From Tubiluchus corallicola (Eukaryota; Animalia; Priapulida), in assembly GCA_030141605.1 (NCBI GenBank), contig JAQGDQ010000514.1:93227-157226 (forward strand): DNA of 64,000 bases, in the 5' to 3' direction. The translations under genes were made by a program, and so were the position numbers. This document shows positions 36,505-48,910 of this stretch, in pieces (within the stretch, counting starts at the first letter, position 1; every line of letters begins with the position of its first letter). The notes under the pieces are model-generated. The model saw only the letters and a program-made list of their open reading frames with translations, did no database searches and was not told where the DNA came from.

Positions 36505-37665
36505 ATGTTCAGATACGTACAAATTGCTTCTATTGCATTGGCTGTTACATTTTCAGTGATAGTTTTCAGTCTCCACAAGCTTACAGAAGTAAATTACACG
36601 ACGTCATCTATTCATGTGGCTCTGGCAGTTTGTGGTGGTGCAGAATCTACTTACGTGGATGATTTTACCGTATTAGTGAAATCAGTTTTTCTTGTGCCCA
36701 CCGAACTCATTCATTACCATGTTATAGTCGACAGTGACGAAATTGAGCATAAGCTAAAGGGCTTTCTAGACAAATTTAGTGACACGCAAGCGAGCAAAGT
36801 AAATTTCTACAGACCTTGGTTTCCCCCTGGTGAAAATTTTACTCATTGGCATCAAAATGGCGATGGGATAAAACCATGTGGATCTGCTTGGTTATTCCTT
36901 CCTCAGATCCTGCCAAAATATGTGAAAAGGATTGTAAGGTTTGACATGGACGTCATTGTAGTACGACCTCTAAAGGAATTGTGGCGCCATTTTGATCAAA
37001 TGACATCGAATCAGATGATGGGAATCGCATTCGACTTTTCTGGTGAACACACGCATCGCATTATGGAGCTTTTCCACAAACCACATGGGGTTTCTCAATT
37101 GACTGCTTCTAATAACACTTTACTTAACCCTCTAAGTGGTAGAAAGAACAAAGGTCTTAATACTGGAGTTGTTTTAATGGACTTGGAAAAAGTACGGCAA
37201 ACTGACTGGATGACAGATATTGTTGATATTTATCACTCGACAAGCAATTGTTCAACGGACAAATGGACGTTTCCTGCCTGCACTCCAGAGCAAAATGCAT
37301 GCGACGTCTATTTTCACGAGAATCCATCGAGACTGTATTTCCTCCCATGCGAGTGGAACTTTTGGTGGGGTGTGGCAGTCTTCGGCGATTATTGTCAGAC
37401 GGCTAAAAGGGACGGAATCGGTATATTCCACGGTGCTGCGGGAACGTTCCACAATCGAAGAACCCACATGCAATGTCAATGGATATTTGAAGGTGTTTAC
37501 AATATATACAAAAGTCTAAAAGGTTATGAAACAAGGGATTTCCTTGTGGGGAAACTAAGGAAATTTCGCGAAGCGCAAAGAAAACGAAAACAAAAACAAA
37601 ACGCAAAGAAAAGAGTGGGTGGTGAAAAATGCTTACCAATTGTAGACAAAATCATAACAGTTTAA
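36505..37665 (+). CDS. Glycosyltransferase family 8, glucoside xylosyltransferase (GXYLT)-like, intronless type II membrane protein
   Basis: N-terminal TM, HVALAVCG, VKSV, LFLPQIL, DMD (DxD), GLNTGVVLMDL, YFHENP..LPCEWN. Confidence 0.85.
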   Translation: MFRYVQIASIALAVTFSVIVFSLHKLTEVNYTTSSIHVALAVCGGAESTYVDDFTVLVKSVFLVPTELIHYHVIVDSDEIEHKLKGFLDKFSDTQASKVNFYRPWFPPGENFTHWHQNGDGIKPCGSAWLFLPQILPKYVKRIVRFDMDVIVVRPLKELWRHFDQMTSNQMMGIAFDFSGEHTHRIMELFHKPHGVSQLTASNNTLLNPLSGRKNKGLNTGVVLMDLEKVRQTDWMTDIVDIYHSTSNCSTDKWTFPACTPEQNACDVYFHENPSRLYFLPCEWNFWWGVAVFGDYCQTAKRDGIGIFHGAAGTFHNRRTHMQCQWIFEGVYNIYKSLKGYETRDFLVGKLRKFREAQRKRKQKQNAKKRVGGEKCLPIVDKIITV

Positions 37666-38869
37666 CAGTTTATTATTTATAAGCACTCACCACAATAAGA
37701 AACTAATTATCAATAATGCTGCATCAGATGATGAACGACACAACTAAATTGTAACAAAATCGCCTAAAACCTAAAAAGTTCACTGTAAATTATTTCCAAA
37801 ATCACAAAACTTTAAGAAAAAACTCTTCAATAAAATTTACATTATCTCACTCGTAAAAAGTATTAATCTCTAAAAATTCAAATGATAGACTCATGTTTTT
37901 AGAGATTATGAGTGAAATATTGTGAACTATGAAATATGAAATTTGTTTCGCATGTGATAATTATGAACGTACCACATTTATAACAATATTATTTATAATG
38001 AAAAATTGTAGATTGTGAGAGGGAAATGTACCACAAAGCGGTTACACACAGCTCTCCATAAGCATGTATGTATATACGTGTGTAATTTATTGACAATTTA
38101 CAACAAATGGGATAAACACTTTAATATTTTTTTGTCCATGTCACAATATTGTACGTCATTCAACCTTCGTAATTAAAACAGAAAAGTAATTGTAACATTA
38201 ATCTTATTCAGTTAATATTTTGGCACAAATTTTAAGAAATTCTTTAACTTTAAAAACGAATTTACATCGTCGTAAAACTAACTGTCTCCGATGTGCTGTG
38301 CCATTGGCAGGGGCGTATCAAAACTTTACGACGCCCTTGACTAAAGGTTCTGTTTATCTCTATTGTGAATTTTTGGTTGTCTGTGTAACGACCAGATTAA
38401 ACAGTTACTTGTGGTGTATTAGAAACACTATCAACCTAGATTTTGTGTCTTCATTATAAATTATAAATTTGCATAGTGCTCATATTTAAACACGCTGCGC
38501 AACTATTTGTTTTGTTATAGCTTGCGCATGCTCTTTATGTGGCACTTATATAAAGCAGCGCTCAGTAACTGCATGTGGTGTGTTACAAAATGTGCTCTTC
38601 ACATGAATATGAAAGTATACAGATTTTCCGAGGAGAATAAGATTTTTTTCTAAAATGTGAGGCCCCTCAAACTTTGGTGCCCTCGGCTATAGCTGTTGCC
38701 TTGTTGTCTCCGCGCACTCAGCCTTCAAAAGCTATCTGACATCCCAATGTGACATAATCCATTGCTGGTGTATACCCTGGAGGCTAAGCATCAACTTTGA
38801 GCCAAACAATACCGAAGCCATCATCAAGCAAAATCAAGCATGGAACCTTCTCCTCCAGTCTTGCAGTTC

Positions 38870-38960
38870 GATGATCGTTTACGCAGAGGAAACAAAAGTT
38901 TTGGATGTCATTGTTGACAACAAACTGAGTTTCAGATCCTATATCAATTCAGTTCGCTTG
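38870..38960 (+). mobile_element. Short degenerate non-LTR reverse-transcriptase-region remnant
   Basis: EETKVLDVIVDNKLSFRSYI resembles the K.LGV..D..L.F..HI motif. Confidence 0.45.
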
Positions 38961-39193
38961 AGCTTGGGGAAAATGGATTAAAATAAAACAGTTATACTTC
39001 AGGCATAAAGGTATGCAGATGACGATAATAAACAACTTGTTCAGGTATGGGTGACTTTAATGGTTTTATAAGCTTCTAGTTCCTGGTATGACGTAGTCAA
39101 AACAGTTATTGGTGTCAGCTATAATCCTGCTAAGGATGTCACTGAAAGAATGTGTGGGTTATTGCCATTAGAAAAAACATACCTTAGCAAAGT

Positions 39194-42100
39194 GCCAGAA
39201 TCTGGGCTCTCGGGCCCCCAGGGAAGTGTCAGTACTTGGATCTCTTGAAAAGGCTCTCCCAGAATGTTGCCCTCAGCCCACCAGAGCCCCTGGCATGTTA
39301 CCAGTATTCCAAACTGATGGAAAATTGCCAGTCATTCACTTGGAAAAGAAAGAAACTACCTACAGAGGGGAAGACCTCCTTTCAGCCCGGAGGACTACCT
39401 CCAAGGGATGGAGAATTCAAAGTTAAAGAGATTAAGCTTGAAGACATGGAGAAGCCTGCCACAGAGTTGCAGCACGCAGAAGAAACTATTGCAAAATATG
39501 CAAAAGGCTATTTGGCTGGGAGATTTGAAAATGCTCCACCAGAACTTAGCATAGACTTGGACTTACTTAAAAGAAGATTGTTGTTAGAGAAGATAAGTAG
39601 CATCTTCGCAAATTCACCAGTCGCCAACGACGATCCAATACATATCAGAATAAACACATGCTACTCTTTCCAGTTATTAGGGCACTTTTTGTTTGAACAT
39701 TGTAGAGACAAGCTGACTGTAACCCATGTTAGCCATTTTACAGGAGGGTTGGACGCGGCTATATCCAGGATGACCATAAAGATTCTGCACTCTTTGTTAA
39801 AACAAGTGAGTCGATCCGAAAAACGGAATATCATCGAAGAGTTCATAGAGCTTGTCCATAGACACATAGTAGATACTGGGGAGTCCATCTATACTTGGTT
39901 AAAGAACCTTCAGTCATGTGTAGAAGGGTATTACAACTGGAGAGTGGACTACCTTCACTCTAGTCTGGTCTACACAACAATAAAAACTACAATGGAACAG
40001 ATCAACAAGACGCTAACTAACCAGTTTTTGGAGCTGCTAGACCATTGTGTAAGCACAGGAGATACAGAAGGCATGTTCGAATTAGGAGGGTTAGTGAAGG
40101 TATTTGGTTATCCCCAAATTGATTGTGATGAAGGATTAGCCAAACTGAAAAAACGATTGTTTGATAAGAAAATCATTGACACCCCTCTAATAGTAAAGTG
40201 CACTGGTCAATTTGTTAAGATGTTTTGTACTAAATATTATCAAAGAAAGCATCGTTGGCCAGCAGTAGAAGAGCCAGTCCCTAGTGCAGTCAGAAATCTA
40301 TTTAATAGGTCAAAATGCCGGTTTGGAGATGCTAATTCAATTAGCCTCAATACCTGGGCTCTGGTGAACTTTTCAAAACAAATGGACTTTGAGTATAATT
40401 TAGACATCATAAATATTCTCAAGGATTCGTCCGTGGCTCTCCCACTAAGTTTGGCCGATGGAAATTATACTAGGGTCGCTCAAAAGAGATGCTTGGCAAA
40501 GCGAATCCCTTATCATTCTCGAAGATTAATAGAGGATGTGATACTAAGAGAAAATCTAAGGGTAGAGGAAATGATGGATCAAATAGACGTGGAAGGCACA
40601 ATTCCTGAGGAGTGGCAGATAATAACCCTGCATCCAAAGGAAAGAGAACTGAAACAGGAGGGAAGGTACTTTGCACAACAGACTGTAGAGACTAGATCGA
40701 TCCAAGCCACTCTGGAATCTAACTTGTCTGACCAGATATTAAAATTATTTGATCAGACATCTATGGTGGTTTCAGACTTGACCTCTAGCAAGCGACTAGA
40801 GAGGTGGACTAAAAAACTGTGTTCCAACACTCATGATAACATCTTGTTCGGAGTTGTTTCACTCGACTATTCTGGTTGGTGCAGTACTATTAGAACAGAA
40901 CTCGTTGGAAGAATTGGGCAGAAGTTAGATCAACTTTGGGGACTGCCAGGGATTTATGAGCACTGTCATAAGTGGTTTAGTCAATCTAATGTCTATTTCA
41001 CTTATGGCCCTCATATAAAGAAAGACCCCTTACACCACTGGAAGGGACAGCTTGGTGGGTTTGAAGGTCTAAGACAAAAGCTATGGACATTAGTGACTCA
41101 AATGCTCCTGCAATTAATCCTGTCAGACGCTGCCATTAAAGGAGAAATCTATGGGCAAGGTGATCTAATGTCTATTTCACTTATGGCCCTCATATAAAGA
41201 AAGACCCCTTACACCACTGGAAGGGACAGCTTGGTGGGTTTGAAGGTCTAAGACAAAAGCTATGGACATTAGTGACTCAAATGCTCCTGCAATTAATCCT
41301 GTCAGACGCTGCCATTAAAGGAGAAATCTATGGGCAAGGTGATAACCAACACATGTTGTTAAGAATACCTTCTGGCCAAGAATCTCCTGCAGAAGCAAAA
41401 ACCTTTATAGAGGGATTCTTATCAAGAGTATGTGAATACAGTGCAAGAGCCGGGCTGATCATTAAGATCGAAGAAAGCTCAGTATCAAGCACTCACTTCA
41501 TATACAATAAAGAACACTATTGTTTAGGAAAACCTCTCAAGTCGTCATACAAGCGAGCAACCAGGATGTGGGAGGGGACTAACGCCGCTCATCAATCTAG
41601 TGCGGAAATTCTTGGTAGTGTTATGACCTCGGGGCAAGTGGTGTCAGAAAAATCTGGACATCCCCTTATTGGTTACATATTGAGTTTGGTTGACGCTTGG
41701 CTGTTTTTGTTATCAGAGTGGCCTAAATGGGGTAAATTAGATAAAACTGATCTTTTAGCTCTAGCTATCACTCCTAGTGATTTCACCTTTGTTCCATTTT
41801 TGCCTCCCACCTTCTTTTGTTATCATGGTCAACAAGACAGGCTAACCCACGGCCTTAGTTTCATGTTGTACGTATTAAAAAGTTGTGTGGAAGAGACTAA
41901 CCCAATCCATAAGATTGTCGCAAGACTTCTATCAGTTAAATCTGCAGCGCCTGGATTCCTAGAATTACTTACTTTGATCAAAGATCCTTGTGCCTTAAAC
42001 TTTGAACAACCAATGGCACTATCAACTTTACTTCGGCAGACTGTGCAGAAGAAGGTGATCCCTATGGTAAAAAACGATCGGATCAGAATGTATCTGGATA

Positions 42101-42230
42101 TCTTAGAAGAAGAATCATTCCCAGGAAAAACCAGCTGGAGCTCAGTACACCAAAGAATGAAGTAGAGCAGATCTTGGAAGAGGCGATCCATTGTTTCCAT
42201 TTTGGTCCTCATCTTCACGAAGTTCAATGT
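39194..42230 (+). pseudogene. EVE virus D: Mononegavirales L (RdRp domain), tandem unit 1
   Basis: FGYP, PKERELKQEGRYFA, LDYSGWC (A), GGFEGLRQKLWT (B), GQGDNQ (C); frameshift from a 179-bp duplication; C-terminally truncated. Confidence 0.96.
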
Positions 42231-42373
42231 AAATAAACAAATAGTAATTAACAAAGAAAAAATGGAGTAACAAGAAGGGATAAAATCAGAAATAATAATA
42301 TTAGAGGAACAGTGAAAGTAGTGGAAGCCTCGAAAAAGATACAAGAGGCAAGATTGCGATGATATGGGCACCT

Positions 42374-45300
42374 GATGTTTATAATAAGACTCCTGCTGAA
42401 GTAGCCAGAATCTGGGCTCTCGGGCCCCCAGGGAAGTGTCAGTACTTGGATCTCTTGAAAAGGCTCTCCCAGAATGTTGCCCTCAGCCCACCAGAGCCCC
42501 TGGCATGTTACCAGTATTCCAAACTGATGGAAAATTGCCAGTCATTCACTTGGAAAAGAAAGAAACTACCTACAGAGGGGAAGACCTCCTTTCAGCCCGG
42601 AGGACTACCTCCAAGGGATGGAGAATTCAAAGTTAAAGAGATTAAGCTTGAAGACATGGAGAAGCCTGCCACAGAGTTGCAGCACGCAGAAGAAACTATT
42701 GCAAAATATGCAAAAGGCTATTTGGCTGGGAGATTTGAAAATGCTCCACCAGAACTTAGCATAGACTTGGACTTACTTAAAAGAAGATTGTTGTTAGAGA
42801 AGATAAGTAGCATCTTCGCAAATTCACCAGTCGCCAACGACGATCCAATACAAATCAGAATAAACACATGCTACTCTTTCCAGTTATTAGGGCACTTTTT
42901 GTTTGAACATTGTAGAGACAAGCTGACTGTAACCCATGTTAGCCATTTTACAGGAGGGTTGGACGCGGCTATATCCAGGATGACCATAAAGATTCTACAC
43001 TCTTTGTTAAAACAAGTGAGTCGATCCGAAAAACGGAATATCATCGAAGAGTTCATAGAGCTTGTCCATAGACACATAGTAGATACTGGGGAGTCCATCT
43101 ATACTTGGTTAAAGAACCTTCAGTCATGTGTAGAAGGGTATCACAACTGGAGAGTGGACTACCTTCACTCTAGTCTGGTCTACACAACAATAAAAACTAC
43201 AATGGAACAGATCAACAAGACGCTAACTAACCAGTTTTTGGAGCTGCTAGACCATTGTGTAAGCACAGGAGATACAGAAGGCATGTTCGAATTAGGAGGG
43301 TTAGTGAAGGTATTTGGTTATCCCCAAATTGATTGTGATGAAGGATTAGCCAAACTGAAAAAACGATTGTTTGATAAGAAAATCATTGACACCCCTCTAA
43401 TAGTAAAGTGCACTGGTCAATTTGTTAAGATGTTTTGTACTAAATATTATCAAAGAAAGCATCGTTGGCCAGCAGTAGAAGAGCCAGTCCCTAGTGCAGT
43501 CAGAAATCTATTTAATAGGTCAAAATGCCGGTTTGGAGATGCTAATTCAATTAGCCTCAATACCTGGGCTCTGGTGAACTTTTCAAAACAAATGGACTTT
43601 GAGTATAATTTAGACATCATAAATATTCTCAAGGATTCGTCCGTGGCTCTCCCACTAAGTTTGGCCGATGGAAATTATACTAGGGTCGCTCAAAAGAGAT
43701 GCTTGGCAAAGCGAATCCCTTATCATTCTCGAAGATTAATAGAGGATGTGATACTAAGAGAAAATCTAAGGGTAGAGGAAATGATGGATCAAATAGACGT
43801 GGAAGGCACAATTCCTGAGGAGTGGCAGATAATAACCCTGCATCCAAAGGAAAGAGAACTGAAACAGGAGGGAAGGTACTTTGCACAACAGACTGTAGAG
43901 ACTAGATCGATCCAAGCCACTCTGGAATCTAACTTGTCTGACCAGATATTAAAATTATTTGATCAGACATCTATGGTGGTTTCAGACTTGACCTCTAGCA
44001 AGCGACTAGAGAGGTGGACTAAAAAACTGTGTTCCAACACTCATGATAACATCTTGTTCGGAGTTGTTTCACTCGACTATTCTGGTTGGTGCAGTACTAT
44101 TAGAACAGAACTCGTTGGAAGAATTGGGCAGAAGTTAGATCAACTTTGGGGACTGCCAGGGATTTATGAGCATTGTCATAAGTGGTTTAGTCAATCTAAT
44201 GTCTATTTCACTTATGGCCCTCATATAAAGAAAGACCCCTTACACCACTGGAAGGGACAGCTTGGTGGGTTTGAAGGTCTAAGACAAAAGCTATGGACAT
44301 TAGTGACTCAAATGCTCCTGCAATTAATCCTGTCAGATGCTGCCATTAAAGGAGAAATCTATGGGCAAGGTGATCTAATGTCTATTTCACTTATGGCCCT
44401 CATATAAAGAAAGACCCCTTACACCACTGGAAGGGACAGCTTGGTGGGTTTGAAGGTCTAAGACAAAAGCTATGGACATTAGTGACTCAAATGCTCCTGC
44501 AATTAATCCTGTCAGACGCTGCCATTAAAGGAGAAATCTATGGGCAAGGTGATAACCAACACATGTTGTTAAGAATACCTTCTGGCCAAGAATCTCCTGC
44601 AGAAGCAAAAACCTTTATAGAGGGATTCTTATCAAGAGTATGTGAATACAGTGCAAGAGCCGGGCTGATCATTAAGATCGAAGAAAGCTCAGTATCAAGC
44701 ACTCACTTCATATACAATAAAGAACACTATTGTTTAGGAAAACCTCTCAAGTCGTCATACAAGCGAGCAACCAGGATGTGGGAGGGGACTAACGCCGCTC
44801 ATCAATCTAGTGCGGAAATTCTTGGTAGTGTTATGACCTCGGGGCAAGTGGTGTCAGAAAAATCTGGACATCCCCTTATTGGTTACATATTGAGTTTGGT
44901 TGACGCTTGGCTGTTTTTGTTATCAGAGTGGCCTAAATGGGGTAAATTAGATAAAACTGATCTTTTAGCTCTAGCTATCACTCCTAGTGATTTCACCTTT
45001 GTTCCATTTTTGCCTCCCACCTTCTTTTGTTATCATGGTCAACAAGACAGGCTAACCCACGGCCTTAGTTTCATGTTGTACGTATTAAAAAGTTGTGTGG
45101 AAGAGACTAACCCAATCCATAAGATTGTCGCAAGACTTCTATCAGTTAAATCTGCAGCGCCTGGATCCCTAGAATTACTTACTTTGATCAAAGATCCTTG
45201 TGCCTTAAACTTTGAACAACCAATGGCACTATCAACTTTACTTCGGCAGACTGTGCAGAAGAAGGTGATCCCTATGGTAAAAAACGATCGGATCAGAATG

Positions 45301-45440
45301 TATCTGGATATCTTAGAAGAAGAATCATTCCCAGGAAAAACCAGCTGGAGCTCAGTACACCAAAGAATGAAGTAGAGCAGATCTTGGAAGAGGCGATCCA
45401 TTGTTTCCATTTTGGTCCTCATCTTCACGAAGTTCAATGT
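42374..45440 (+). pseudogene. EVE virus D L, tandem unit 2
   Basis: 3210-bp period, a few SNPs. Confidence 0.96.
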
Positions 45441-45583
45441 AAATAAACAAATAGTAATTAACAAAGAAAAAATGGAGTAACAAGAAGGGATAAAATCAGA
45501 AATAATAATATTAGAGGAACAGTGAAAGTAGTGGAAGCCTCGAAAAAGATACAAGAGGCAAGATTGCGATGATATGGGCACCT

Positions 45584-48557
45584 GATGTTTATAATAAGAC
45601 TCCTGCTGAAGTATGGCATGTTACCAGTATTCCAAACTGATGGAAAATTGCCAGTCATTCACTTGGAAAAGAAAGAAACTACCTACAGAGGGGAAGACCT
45701 CCTTTCAGCCCGGAGGACTACCTCCAAGGGATGGAGAATTCAAAGTTAAAGAGATTAAGCTTGAAGACATGGAGAAGCCTGCCACAGAGTTGCAGCACGC
45801 AGAAGAAACTATTGCAAAATATGCAAAAGGCTATTTGGCTGGGAGATTTGAAAATGCTCCACCAGAACTTAGCATAGACTTGGACTTACTTAAAAGAAGA
45901 TTGTTGTTAGAGAAGATAAGTAGCATCTTCGCAAATTCACCAGTCGCCAACGACGATCCAATACAAATCAGAATAAACACATGCTACTCTTTCCAGTTAT
46001 TAGGGCACTTTTTGTTTGAACATTGTAGAGACAAGCTGACTGTAACCCATGTTAGCCATTTTACAGGAGGGTTGGACGCGGCTATATCCAGGATGACCAT
46101 AAAGATTCTGCACTCTTTGTTAAAACAAGTGAGTCGATCCGAAAAACGGAATATCATCGAAGAGTTCATAGAGCTTGTCCATAGACACATAGTAGATACT
46201 GGGGAGTCCATCTATACTTGGTTAAAGAACCTTCAGTCATGTGTAGAAGGGTATTACAACTGGAGAGTGGACTACCTTCACTCTAGTCTGGTCTACACAA
46301 CAATAAAAACTACAATGGAACAGATCAACAAGACGCTAACTAACCAGTTTTTGGAGCTGCTAGACCATTGTGTAAGCACAGGAGATACAGAAGGCATGTT
46401 CGAATTAGGAGGGTTAGTGAAGGTATTTGGTTATCCCCAAATTGATTGTGATGAAGGATTAGCCAAACTGAAAAAACGATTGTTTGATAAGAAAATCATT
46501 GACACCCCTCTAATAGTAAAGTGCACTGGTCAATTTGTTAAGATGTTTTGTACTAAATATTATCAAAGAAAGCATCGTTGGCCAGCAGTAGAAGAGCCAG
46601 TCCCTAGTGCAGTCAGAAATCTATTTAATAGGTCAAAATGCCGGTTTGGAGATGCTAATTCAATTAGCCTCAATACCTGGGCTCTGGTGAACTTTTCAAA
46701 ACAAATGGACTTTGAGTATAATTTAGACATCATAAATATTCTCAAGGATTCGTCCGTGGCTCTCCCACTAAGTTTGGCCGATGGAAATTATACTAGGGTC
46801 GCTCAAAAGAGATGCTTGGCAAAGCGAATCCCTTATCATTCTCGAAGATTAATAGAGGATGTGATACTAAGAGAAAATCTAAGGGTAGAGGAAATGATGG
46901 ATCAAATAGACGTGGAAGGCACAATTCCTGAGGAGTGGCAGATAATAACCCTGCATCCAAAGGAAAGAGAACTGAAACAGGAGGGAAGGTACTTTGCACA
47001 ACAGACTGTAGAGACTAGATCGATCCAAGCCACTCTGGAATCTAACTTGTCTGACCAGATATTAAAATTATTTGATCAGACATCTATGGTGGTTTCAGAC
47101 TTGACCTCTAGCAAGCGACTAGAGAGGTGGACTAAAAAACTGTGTTCCAACACTCATGATAACATCTTGTTCGGAGTTGTTTCACTCGACTATTCTGGTT
47201 GGTGCAGTACTATTAGAACAGAACTCGTTGGAAGAATTGGGCAGAAGTTAGATCAACTTTGGGGACTGCCAGGGATTTATGAGCACTGTCATAAGTGGTT
47301 TAGTCAATCTAATGTCTATTTCACTTATGGCCCTCATATAAAGAAAGACCCCTTACACCACTGGAAGGGACAGCTTGGTGGGTTTGAAGGTCTAAGACAA
47401 AAGCTATGGACATTAGTGACTCAAATGCTCCTGCAATTAATCCTGTCAGACGCTGCCATTAAAGGAGAAATCTATGGGCAAGGTGATCTAATGTCTATTT
47501 CACTTATGGCCCTCATATAAAGAAAGACCCCTTACACCACTGGAAGGGACAGCTTGGTGGGTTTGAAGGTCTAAGACAAAAGCTATGGACATTAGTGACT
47601 CAAATGCTCCTGCAATTAATCCTGTCAGACGCTGCCATTAAAGGAGAAATCTATGGGCAAGGTGATAACCAACACATGTTGTTAAGAATACCTTCTGGCC
47701 AAGAATCTCCTGCAGAAGCAAAAACCTTTATAGAGGGATTCTTATCAAGAGTATGTGAATACAGTGCAAGAGCCGGGCTGATCATTAAGATCGAAGAAAG
47801 CTCAGTATCAAGCACTCACTTCATATACAATAAAGAACACTATTGTTTAGGAAAACCTCTCAAGTCGTCATACAAGCGAGCAACCAGGATGTGGGAGGGG
47901 ACTAACGCCGCTCATCAATCTAGTGCGGAAATTCTTGGTAGTGTTATGACCTCGGGGCAAGTGGTGTCAGAAAAATCTGGACATCCCCTTATTGGTTACA
48001 TATTGAGTTTGGTTGACGCTTGGCTGTTTTTGTTATCAGAGTGGCCTAAATGGGGTAAATTAGATAAAACTGATCTTTTAGCTCTAGCTATCACTCCTAG
48101 TGATTTCACCTTTGTTCCATTTTTGCCTCCCACCTTCTTTTGTTATCATGGTCAACAAGACAGGCTAACCCACGGCCTTAGTTTCATGTTGTACGTATTA
48201 AAAAGTTGTGTGGAAGAGACTAACCCAATCCATAAGATTGTCGCAAGACTTCTATCAGTTAAATCTGCAGCGCCTGGATCCCTAGAATTACTTACTTTGA
48301 TCAAAGATCCTTGTGCCTTAAACTTTGAACAACCAATGGCACTATCAACTTTACTTCGGCAGACTGTGCAGAAGAAGGTGATCCCTATGGTAAAAAACGA
48401 TCGGATCAGAATGTATCTGGATATCTTAGAAGAAGAATCATTCCCAGGAAAAACCAACCTGGAGCTCAGTACACCAAAGAATGAAGTAGAGCAGATCTTG
48501 GAAGAGGCGATCCATTGTTTCCATTTTGGTCCTCATCTTCACGAAGTTCAATGTAAA
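45584..48557 (+). pseudogene. EVE virus D L, tandem unit 3 (97-bp 5' deletion)
   Basis: Same sequence; gaagta|tggcatg deletion junction at ~45613. Confidence 0.96.
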
Positions 48558-48587
48558 TAAACAAATAGTAATTAACAAAGAAAAAAT

Positions 48588-48910
48588 GGAGTAACAAGAA
48601 GGGATAAAATCAGGAATAGTAATATTAGAGGAACAGTGAAAGTAGTGGAAGCCTCGAAAAAGATACAAGAGGCAAGATTGCGATGATATGGGCACCTGAT
48701 GTTTATAATAAGACTCACGTGCTGAAGGGAGGTCATGGAAATGGAAGTGCTGGTAAATAGAAGGACAACCCAAGCTGAGATGGATTGAATGTATTAATGG
48801 AGACCTTAGAGAGAAGAACATAAATGAAGAGATGGTCAACAACAGGAATGCGTGGAGAAGACTTAGTCACAACGGCGACCCCGGATAGGGAAAAGCTGGG
48901 AAGAAGAAGA
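48588..48910 (+). mobile_element. RTE-clade LINE 3' end with (GAA)n tail; partial copies at ~42264-42375 and ~45474-45585
   Basis: GVTRRDKIRN..IRG..V...KKIQEARLR*YGHLM, VMEMEV, PKLRW, NRNAWRR, tail gaagaagaagaa. Confidence 0.88.

Noticed and set aside
39194-48557. Contaminating live virus or pure assembly stutter
   Set aside because: Frameshifting duplication, truncation, LINE fusion and copy-specific SNPs/deletion indicate genomic copies; long-read confirmation is still advisable
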